From contig CAZPSN010000005.1 of the NCBI GenBank assembly GCA_964589645.1, positions 18,865 through 82,864 of the forward strand: a stretch of 64,000 nt of DNA, given 5' to 3'. Source of the DNA: an uncultured Desulfovibrionaceae bacterium (GTDB lineage: Bacteria > Desulfobacterota > Desulfovibrionia > Desulfovibrionales > Desulfomicrobiaceae). Under the pieces are notes generated by a model that did no database searches, was not told the origin of the DNA, and saw only the letters and a list, made by a program, of their open reading frames with translations. Each line of letters opens with the position of its first letter. Position 1 is the first letter of the stretch. A program made the position numbers and the translations under genes. This document shows, in pieces, positions 57,226 to 64,000 of this stretch.

Positions 57226-58614
57226 CTAGGAGCCACCGGCCTGGCCCCCCAGGCGCTTCATGATTTTCTGCAGGCTGACGCGCTCTATGCCGGAGACGCG
57301 CGCGGCCTCGCTCACGTTGCCGCCGGTCCTCTCCAGTACCTGCTCCACATAACGCCTGGTGAACTGATCCAACACATGGGCCTTGGCCTGCTTGTAGGGG
57401 CCCAGCGGTTCCGAGACGAGACTGGTTGAAAGAGCGGGACCGCCCTCGGCCTGGCGCATGTGGGACATTTCCACAAAGGGATTGGGACAGAACACGGCCA
57501 AACGGCGGATGAAGTTTTGCAATTCGCGAACGTTTCCGGGCCACGCACGGCTGGCCAGACAGGCTAAGACCTCGGGAGAAAGGGTCTTGGACGGCAAGCG
57601 CATTTCGGCACAACTCTGTTCCATGAATTGTGCGGCCAGGAGCGGGATGTCTTCAGCGCGTTCGCGCAGAGGCGGGGTGTACACGGTGAGCACGTTAAGG
57701 CGATAGAACAGGTCTTCGCGGAAGTGGCCGGTCGCGACGCGCGCATCAAGGTCCTGATTGGTAGTGGCCAGGATGCGCACGTTGACCTTTGCGGTTTCAC
57801 TGGAGCCCACGGGACGAATTTCATGTTCCTGAAGCACGCGCAGCAGTTTGGTCTGCACTGAGAGCGAGACGTCGCCGATCTCGTCCAGCAGAATAGAACC
57901 CCCGGAGGCAGCTAGAAAAAGACCCTTGCGGCAGCGTTCAGCCCCGGTAAAGGCTCCCTTGACGTGCCCGAAGAGCTCGGATTCAAGAAGGTGCTCAGGG
58001 ATGGCTGGACAATTGACGCGGACAAGCCGCTTGGCGGAACGAGAGGAAAGAAAGTGGATGTTGCCTGCCACGAGTTCCTTGCCAGTGCCAGATTCGCCAC
58101 GCACCAGCACAGTGTAGTCCGAAGCGGCCACGGCCTGTATGGTTTGCTTGAGCCGGCGCATGGGTGGGCTCTGGCCAACCAACGTGCGTTCCAATTCGCA
58201 GGCGTGGGCCAGTTCGCGCAGGGTCGTGTTCTCGCCCAGGAGGCGTGCTCGTTCCAGGCCCTTGGCCACGGCGCGGAACAACTCGCCCTTCTGTATGGGC
58301 TTGGTGAGGAAATCGTATGCCCCGCCCCGCATGGCGTCCACAGCGGCCTCCACGCTGCCGTAGCCCGTGAGCACTATGACCGTCAGCTGCGGGTGCTCCA
58401 TCAGAGCTTGGGCCAGCAGTTCCTGACCGCCCAGGCCAGGCATGCGCAAATCAGTGATCATGAGGGAGATGTGCTCGCGCTCCAGGATATCCAGAGCCTC
58501 CTGTCCGGATTGGGCGGTGCGCAAGCCGGCCTCGGGGAAGCCGCTGGCGATGAGCCGGGCCACGCCCTGGGAGAAGTCGGGCTCATCGTCCACCAGCAGG
58601 ATTATCGGACTCAT
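57226..58614 (-). CDS. Sigma54-dependent response regulator (NtrC family: REC-AAA+-HTH)
   Basis: VDDE/TDLRMP/KP receiver, GESGTGKE, ESELFGH..GAFTGA, LDEIG, FREDLFYRL, WPGNVREL, Fis-type HTH. Confidence 0.96.
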   Translation of the reverse strand: MSPIILLVDDEPDFSQGVARLIASGFPEAGLRTAQSGQEALDILEREHISLMITDLRMPGLGGQELLAQALMEHPQLTVIVLTGYGSVEAAVDAMRGGAYDFLTKPIQKGELFRAVAKGLERARLLGENTTLRELAHACELERTLVGQSPPMRRLKQTIQAVAASDYTVLVRGESGTGKELVAGNIHFLSSRSAKRLVRVNCPAIPEHLLESELFGHVKGAFTGAERCRKGLFLAASGGSILLDEIGDVSLSVQTKLLRVLQEHEIRPVGSSETAKVNVRILATTNQDLDARVATGHFREDLFYRLNVLTVYTPPLRERAEDIPLLAAQFMEQSCAEMRLPSKTLSPEVLACLASRAWPGNVRELQNFIRRLAVFCPNPFVEMSHMRQAEGGPALSTSLVSEPLGPYKQAKAHVLDQFTRRYVEQVLERTGGNVSEAARVSGIERVSLQKIMKRLGGQAGGS

Positions 58615-61085
58615 TGGCTTTCCTCCGTTTCAGGGGCGTTGAGCGGGACAAAGGCTGGGAGGCGCACTGTAAATACCGCGCCCCCGCCCTCGGAGGCGGG
58701 CCTATTCGCGGCCGTCAACTCCCCACCAAGCTCGCGCACCAGCCCGTAGACCAGGGCCAGACCCAGGCCGGTACCCTTGCCCACGCCCTTGGTAGAAAAA
58801 AAAGGATCGAACACTCGGTCGAGGTGCTCCGTGGCGATACCGGACCCGGTATCGGCCACGGAGAGCACCACCATGTCGCCCTCGGCCCGCAGGGATATCT
58901 CAACGCGGCGAGCGGCCTCGCGGCCGTCCTGCACGGCTACCTCGCCCACGGCATCCAGGGCATTCAGCACGATGTTGGACAGGATATGTTCCAGGGCGTC
59001 GGACCCGGCCTGGACCAGGGGCAGATCCGGAGGTGCTGCGACGGCGAGTTCGGCGCGCACGGCGCGAGCCCTGGGGGCCAACACCTCCACCAGCGTGGCA
59101 GCGTGGGCGGCCATGTCCGCGGGACCGGGGGTGGCCGGACGCGGCCGGGCAAAGTTCAGCAAGTCGCGCACCACTTTGCGGGCCTGCTCGGTGTGGCGCA
59201 TGATGATATCCAGGTCGGCCTGCGCCTGGGGTGCGCCTTCGGCCGCGCGCAGAAGCTCGGCGTAACACTGGATGACGCCCAGAGGGTTGTTGATCTCGTG
59301 AGCAAGGCCCGCAGCCAGTTGGCCAACGGCAGCCAAACGCTCGCTTTGCCGCAGCTGGACCTCCATACGGCGCTGGGCAGTGACTTCGCGCAAGTAGGCC
59401 ACGAAACGACGCGAGATGGAAGCGCGCTCCTGGTTGGACAGGGGATACAGGCTGGCCTCGAAGATGCGACCGCCGGAGAGAACCAGCTCGCCATGGCCGC
59501 CATGCTCCGTGGCGGCCTGAAGCAGAGGAGCCAGGGCCAGTGCGGCCTCTTCGGCCAGAGGCCCGGCGCTGGCGTTGGCCAGAAGCAGCGAGCCGCGCTC
59601 GTCCATCAGCATGAGCGGGTCGGCGATGCCCTCAAAAATTGAGGAAAGCAACGCGTTCTGCCGCATGAGATTGTCCAGAGCGTCCAGGTTGTCCATGGCG
59701 ATGCCCATCTGCTGGCCGATGGCCCGGGCCAGCTCGGCCAAGCGGCCACTGCCCTCCTGGGGCTGGTCCCAGTAGAGGCACAAAAGACCCCGACTGGTGC
59801 CGCTGGTCTGCACAGGGATAAACCAGGATTGAGCCTCGAGCCTGGGGGCGGGCGCGCTGTTTCCGTCGCCGCTGAGCAAATCGTGCCAGTCGCCGGGCAA
59901 CTCCGGCTTGGCCTCGGGATCGGGCCAAGCGGCGTAGTCCGAAGCTGAGAGCACACACGCGTAGGCCGCACGCGCGGCTCCGAAGCGTGTGGCAATGAGT
60001 GCGAGGGAGGTGGTGAGCAGCCTGCGCTTGTTCTGACTCTGGTTCAAGCCGTTCAAAAGCGATACGAACAGGGCCACGTCGGCGCGGCGCTCGTCAGCCA
60101 GACGGGTCAAATCCTTGGTGCGCAGGGCGACCTTATCCTCCAGAGTGGCGGCGTAGTTCTTCAGATCCTGGCGGGCTTGGCGCAGGTGCTCAGCAAAGGC
60201 TTCGAAGCCGTGCAGCAAGCCTTCAATCTCGTCGTCGCGGCCACGCGAAGTGGCGGGCACCGGAGCGAATTCCCCTCCGGGGACGTCCGGGGACACCGTC
60301 TGGGCCTCCTCGGGGAATAGCCGCTGCATCACGCTCGTGACACGCCGCAGGCTCACAACCACCAGCCGGTGGAAGAAGCCCTGGATACCTAACAGCATGA
60401 CGATGATCCCCCCTGCCAACAAGAGGGCAAAAGACAGCGTGGCGTCGCGAATACCGCCTACTTCGCGCTGGACTTTAAGACTCACGAGATCGATGCCCGC
60501 CAGTTGGCCCACCTCCCGACCGAAGCCGCGCTCGGAGCCGTAGCGCTCGATGAGTTCGCGCGGGGCTTGGTCCGGGTCGCCGTGGCAGTTCATGCAGCTC
60601 GCCTCGAAACGTTGCGGCCGGACGGTAACGAAATAGCGCTCCTTGTCCTGCTCCACGAATTCTTCCACGCGGACAAGGGCAGAATCGGCCTCGAAGCGGC
60701 GGACAAAACCTTGCTCCAGGGCATTCGCCTCGTAGTCCGGATTGCGTGCGCCAATGCCCACTCGGCGGTAGCTGAAGGCCTCCTTCGCCAAATTCAAGTC
60801 ACTCATGACCAAACGGGTAACAAAGGAGGTGCTCATGGCCTCCAGCACAAACTGTCCCTCGGGCAGGGTGCGATACATGGCGGGCCTGAGCGTGCTCCGC
60901 ACGTAGCCCTGCACCGCACCCACCTGTGCGAGGATGAGCGAAGCCTTTTCTTGGGCCTCGCTCTCCATGAGCTGACCCAGGTGCCTGTTGAGCGTGAAGG
61001 CGAAGAAGCTTACCAGTCCGGCCATGGCCAACAAGAGGCCCGCCAGGAACTTGGCCTGCAGTGTCTGGGGAAGGATGCTGCGCAT
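58611..61085 (-). CDS. Sensor histidine kinase with periplasmic c-type heme (DUF3365-like) domain
   Basis: Two TM helices flank a domain containing CMNCH; AHEINNPL H-box; NALDA, DTGSG, FDPFFSTK, GTGLGL. Start at ATG 61085; ATGA overlap with the regulator. Confidence 0.92.
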   Translation of the reverse strand: MRSILPQTLQAKFLAGLLLAMAGLVSFFAFTLNRHLGQLMESEAQEKASLILAQVGAVQGYVRSTLRPAMYRTLPEGQFVLEAMSTSFVTRLVMSDLNLAKEAFSYRRVGIGARNPDYEANALEQGFVRRFEADSALVRVEEFVEQDKERYFVTVRPQRFEASCMNCHGDPDQAPRELIERYGSERGFGREVGQLAGIDLVSLKVQREVGGIRDATLSFALLLAGGIIVMLLGIQGFFHRLVVVSLRRVTSVMQRLFPEEAQTVSPDVPGGEFAPVPATSRGRDDEIEGLLHGFEAFAEHLRQARQDLKNYAATLEDKVALRTKDLTRLADERRADVALFVSLLNGLNQSQNKRRLLTTSLALIATRFGAARAAYACVLSASDYAAWPDPEAKPELPGDWHDLLSGDGNSAPAPRLEAQSWFIPVQTSGTSRGLLCLYWDQPQEGSGRLAELARAIGQQMGIAMDNLDALDNLMRQNALLSSIFEGIADPLMLMDERGSLLLANASAGPLAEEAALALAPLLQAATEHGGHGELVLSGGRIFEASLYPLSNQERASISRRFVAYLREVTAQRRMEVQLRQSERLAAVGQLAAGLAHEINNPLGVIQCYAELLRAAEGAPQAQADLDIIMRHTEQARKVVRDLLNFARPRPATPGPADMAAHAATLVEVLAPRARAVRAELAVAAPPDLPLVQAGSDALEHILSNIVLNALDAVGEVAVQDGREAARRVEISLRAEGDMVVLSVADTGSGIATEHLDRVFDPFFSTKGVGKGTGLGLALVYGLVRELGGELTAANRPASEGGGAVFTVRLPAFVPLNAPETEESQ

Positions 61086-61171
61086 GGAGCCCCCGTTTTT
61101 TGCCAGCCCATACTCGCTCTCGTGGCGACTGACAACTCTTGGCCGCACCCTGCCTTCACAAGAACGCCGCC

Positions 61172-61189
61172 TGCTAACCAAAGTTAGCA
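61172..61189. promoter_or_regulatory. Candidate enhancer (UAS) palindrome for the sigma54 activator
   Basis: TGCTAAC-CAAA-GTTAGCA, a perfect 7-bp inverted repeat 65 bp upstream of the -24 box. Confidence 0.55.
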
Positions 61190-61254
61190 CATGGGTGGCC
61201 ATGCGCCTCTTACTTAATCAATAAAAAACAGAATCTTAATAAAACATTCGCATG

Positions 61255-61270
61255 TGGCACCGGCCTTGCT
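61255..61270 (+). promoter_or_regulatory. Sigma54 promoter of the YeiH operon
   Basis: TGGCAC-CGGCC-TTGCT, an exact match to TGGCAC-N5-TTGCW. Confidence 0.85.
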
Positions 61271-61398
61271 CTAGCGCCGCCGACACCTGCGCCTCCGGCG
61301 CGTGAGACGCATGCACCGGTCCGCCCCCCCGAGGTGGCATTGCCGGACGCGATCACACGACGCGGCGTACATTTCGACACACTCCAAGGAGAAGAATC

Positions 61399-62523
61399 AT
61401 GGAAGAAAAAACCGGTGTAGCGAAGTATCTGGGCATCATGCCTGGCCTGGCCATCATGATCGGCACCCTGTTTCTGCTGCGCACCTATGTGGAACCCTGG
61501 ATGAAGGACGCTGTTGTCTTCGGGCAGAAAGGCTGGCTGGTCCAGGTGTTAAGCCTGAACTACATCCTGTTGTCCATCATCGCGGGCATCATCTACCGCA
61601 ACGTATTCTTCGGCGGGCGCATCCCCGACTGGGCTGAGGCGGGCTTCCGCACCACGCGACTGTTCATCAAGTCCGGCGTCATCATGCTGGGCTGCCTCTA
61701 CACCCTGCAAAAGCTGGCCAAGGTGGGCGGCATCGCCATCGCCCTCATCTCGCTCTTTGTGTTCGGCACCGTTCTCTTTGTCATCTGGTACGGCAAGCGC
61801 ATCGGCATGGACCGCTCCATGATCGGCGTAATGGCCGCGGCCACCGGCGTGTGCGGCGTGTCAGCCGCCGTGGCCACCAGCCCCGGCGTCAAGGCCAAGC
61901 CTTCTGAGGTTGCGCTGGCCATTGCCACCATCCTGGGATTTGGCATCATGACCATGTTCATCAGCCCCTTCATCGGCAAGGCGCTATCCATGAGCGACTA
62001 CCAGTTCGGCGCATGGGTGGGCACCGGCATCCTGAATTCCGGCCAGGTGCTGGCCACCTGCCTGGCCTTCAACCCCACCTTTGCTCCGGGCACCGCCGTG
62101 GCTTATGGCGAGATATGGAACGTGGTGCGCGTCATCTCCATTCCCTTCGTTGTGTTCATCATCACCACGTGGGCATGCAAGTCCGAGGCCGCAGAGAGCT
62201 GCGCCACAGGGACCCAGATGAGCCTGGCCAAAGTGTTCAAGGACCGCTTCCCGGTCTTCGTCCTGGGCTTTTTCGGCATGACGGCATTGTCGTCGCTGGG
62301 CTGGCTGGGCGCGGAGGGCTCCAACACTCTGCACCTGCTGCGCGACGTCATGAGCTGGATCTTCGGCATCGGCCTGGTGGGCCAGGGTGCCTACATCGAC
62401 TTCCGCGAACTCAAGACCGCAGGTGGCAAGCCGCTCAAGGTTGGCCTGGTCGCGGGCACGCTCAAGTACGTCGTGGCCCTCATCGTTGTCATGTCATTCG
62501 TGTCCAAGGACGCGAGCTTCTAA
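61399..62523 (+). CDS. YeiH-family (putative sulfate exporter, PSE) membrane transporter
   Basis: About 10 TM helices; TGVCGVSAAVA, FGAWVGTGI..SGQV, FPVFVLGF, GGKPL motifs; AAGGAG RBS. Confidence 0.85.
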   Translation: MEEKTGVAKYLGIMPGLAIMIGTLFLLRTYVEPWMKDAVVFGQKGWLVQVLSLNYILLSIIAGIIYRNVFFGGRIPDWAEAGFRTTRLFIKSGVIMLGCLYTLQKLAKVGGIAIALISLFVFGTVLFVIWYGKRIGMDRSMIGVMAAATGVCGVSAAVATSPGVKAKPSEVALAIATILGFGIMTMFISPFIGKALSMSDYQFGAWVGTGILNSGQVLATCLAFNPTFAPGTAVAYGEIWNVVRVISIPFVVFIITTWACKSEAAESCATGTQMSLAKVFKDRFPVFVLGFFGMTALSSLGWLGAEGSNTLHLLRDVMSWIFGIGLVGQGAYIDFRELKTAGGKPLKVGLVAGTLKYVVALIVVMSFVSKDASF

Positions 62524-62535
62524 CCGGAGGACCCC

Positions 62536-62928
62536 ATGTCTACAAAAGGAAAGATGACTGTCTTTAAGACTGACCGCCACGAAGATGCGGCGGCCATGAT
62601 ATTCGTCGCCCTCGTCACGGCGGCCGTGTTGCTGTACATGGCCTTCATCGTGCCCACCATCACCATCACCCCGGCCCAGGATGGCAAGCTTGTGGCACTG
62701 AAGGTGTTGCCCGACCAGGAGATCAAGAAGGGCGACCTGATGTACACCTTTGAGTACAAGGACAAAAAGTTCGTGGACGGCAAGCTTGAGGAAAAGCTGG
62801 CCACCAAGGACGTGAAGGCCTCCACCAATGGCAAGGTGCTGTCCGTCGGGGTCAAGGAGGGCGACGCGTTGAAGAAGGGCAAGACTGCGATTCTGGTCAT
62901 GGATCACGAAAAGGGAACTTTGCCGTAA
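62536..62928 (+). CDS. Membrane-anchored protein with biotinyl/lipoyl-like (barrel-sandwich hybrid) domain
   Basis: GGAGG RBS; one TM helix; two lipoyl half-motifs (PAQDGKLVALKVLPDQEIKKGDLM and ASTNGKVLSVGVKEGDALKKG). Confidence 0.8.
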   Translation: MSTKGKMTVFKTDRHEDAAAMIFVALVTAAVLLYMAFIVPTITITPAQDGKLVALKVLPDQEIKKGDLMYTFEYKDKKFVDGKLEEKLATKDVKASTNGKVLSVGVKEGDALKKGKTAILVMDHEKGTLP

Positions 62929-63371
62929 TGAAGATCCTGCTTGCCTTGGATGATTCGGTCCGGACTATGGACGAGGCCGTCAGGCTCGCCTCCGAGAGGG
63001 GCGCGGGCCTGACGGCTCTATTTGTCCTCGACGCCGGCTGGAGCGTGTTCATCGGCTCGGACTTTCTGCTGGGCAGCCACGCCAGGGGAGACTTCCTTGA
63101 ATACACGCGCGACGACGAACTGACCCAGGAGCGTGCTACGGTGGCCGCCTTCGAGGAGCGCGCCCGCGCCGCGAACCTGCCCGTCGAGGTCAGGAGCGTG
63201 GCCAGCGGCCGAGTTACCGAGGCCATCCTGAATGAACTGAAGGAAGGCGCCTACGACACGCTTGTCATGAGCCTACCCTTCCGCCGGGGCCTGGAGGTGG
63301 TGCGCGACGCACCATCTGCAATCCTCAAGGCCGCAGCCTGCGATATACTTTTCGTACGGCGCGAGGCCTAA
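62928..63371 (+). CDS. Universal stress protein (USP)
   Basis: MKILLALDDS start, G....AIL, DTLVM, ILKAAACDILFVR end; TAATG overlap with the previous gene. Confidence 0.88.
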   Translation: MKILLALDDSVRTMDEAVRLASERGAGLTALFVLDAGWSVFIGSDFLLGSHARGDFLEYTRDDELTQERATVAAFEERARAANLPVEVRSVASGRVTEAILNELKEGAYDTLVMSLPFRRGLEVVRDAPSAILKAAACDILFVRREA

Positions 63372-63421
63372 GGGCGCTCACAGCCGCCTCCGAGAGAATC
63401 GCTGCGCGCCAGACCTAATTG

Positions 63422-63456
63422 CCCGTGTCGAAAGTTCCTCGCTGTCCCCCGCACCA
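63422..63456 (+). repeat. Degenerate direct repeat of the tRNA-Phe 3' end (attR-like)
   Basis: CCCGTGTCGAAAGTTCCTCGCTGTCCCCC-GCACCA versus tRNA CCCGTGTCGGCAGTTCAACTCTGTCCCCCGGCACCA. Confidence 0.75.
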
Positions 63457-63487
63457 AAGAAGGCCGCTCCCGCGGCCTTCTTGTTTT
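63457..63487 (+). terminator. Intrinsic terminator directly after the attR-like repeat
   Basis: AAGAAGGCCGC-TCCC-GCGGCCTTCTT followed by GTTTT. Confidence 0.8.
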
Positions 63488-63647
63488 CCCAGTCTTGGAT
63501 TCAACAAATTATGCTCCGACCATACCCCGCCTTCTCGCAGTCGCTGACGAACGGGGGCCATGCCCCCACAGCCCTTCCACCAGCCGGCGCAATGCCAACC
63601 GACTCACGGCATTGCCACGACTATCCGAACGCCAGTACCACCCGAAA

Positions 63648-64000
63648 TTATGGCGATCCGATGGCTGATTCCACCACCTCGAGCAATTCTTCGCGGCTGA
63701 ATGGTTTGCTCAGCGTGGCCACGGCCTTGCTGATCGCTCGATGAATGCCTGGCAATCCGCTGATGACCACGACCGGAATGTCCTTGTACTGAGGCATGCG
63801 GGTGTAACGCTGATGAAATTTCGGCCCCCACTCTTCAGGCATTTCCAAGTCCAGGGTAATCAGATCGGGCCGCTGCTGTTTGAGCCGGTCCATGGCCTCC
63901 TCACCGCTGGACGCCCCCAGGGCAAGGTAACCCCGCTCTTGGAACACCGTGACGATATATTCAACGATGTCGGGATCGTCATCGACGACCAGAATGGTCT
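63648..64000 (-). CDS. Single-domain response regulator (DVU0259/DivK-like), 5' end outside the window
   Basis: TILVVDDDPD...PDLITLDLEMPEEWGP...KPF; the frame is open to the window end. Confidence 0.85.
   Translation of the reverse strand, partial: TILVVDDDPDIVEYIVTVFQERGYLALGASSGEEAMDRLKQQRPDLITLDLEMPEEWGPKFHQRYTRMPQYKDIPVVVISGLPGIHRAISKAVATLSKPFSREELLEVVESAIGSP

Larger units (their letters stand above)
57081..63456. mobile_element. Putative degraded genomic island integrated at tRNA-Phe (no integrase gene inside)
   Basis: Bounded by the tRNA-Phe 3' end (57081-57116) and a 30/36-identical direct copy (63422-63456); contains a coherent five-gene module. Confidence 0.65.

Noticed and set aside
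61086..61202. N-terminal extensions in the ORF track (kinase; also secY to 20156, atpE to 51127, motB to 2686, LysR to 14936)
   Set aside because: They overlap upstream genes or regulatory DNA, and downstream starts fit RBS position and family N-termini better.
61210..61248. IHF site upstream of the sigma54 promoter
   Set aside because: AATCAA is present but the downstream TTR of WATCAA-N4-TTR is not; kept only as an AT-rich tract.
57117..63456. Integrase, transposase or phage genes in the putative island
   Set aside because: None found; the five genes and the regulatory gap account for nearly all of the space.

Overview
This is core chromosome from a sulfate-reducer-like deltaproteobacterium (Desulfovibrionales-like; inferred from gene order and protein sequences). 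In order along the window: (1) a flagellar motor/switch cluster (partial fliN, fliM, fliL, two motB, motA) behind era-yggS; (2) topA, a DUF2156-like gene, recJ and a lipoprotein; (3) a LysR-selD-ASKHA/2Fe-2S operon whose SelD is a selenoprotein (in-frame UGA plus SECIS, truncated by the ORF track); (4) the alpha/spc/S10/str/rpoBC/L11 ribosomal superoperon with two nearly identical tuf genes and tRNA-Trp, Gly, Tyr and Thr; (5) lpxC, prmC, prfA, rpmE, rex and the F0 half of ATP synthase, with two Rex boxes; (6) a Lon-like protease, TolC, an unannotated 32-aa His-tailed membrane peptide, tRNA-Arg(UCG) and tRNA-Phe. The best candidate for an undescribed system is a ~6.3 kb integrase-less island between tRNA-Phe and a degenerate copy of its 3' end (63422-63456). 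It carries a heme-c sensor kinase and a sigma54 activator, divergent from a consensus sigma54 promoter that precedes a YeiH-family transporter, a membrane-anchored lipoyl/biotinyl-fold protein and a universal stress protein. Other notable signals are an intrinsic terminator built over the prfA UGA stop just ahead of prmC, a ~17-aa insertion in RpoC, and a sigma54-type, possibly leaderless lpxC promoter. All family calls are by motif recognition; no database searches were run.
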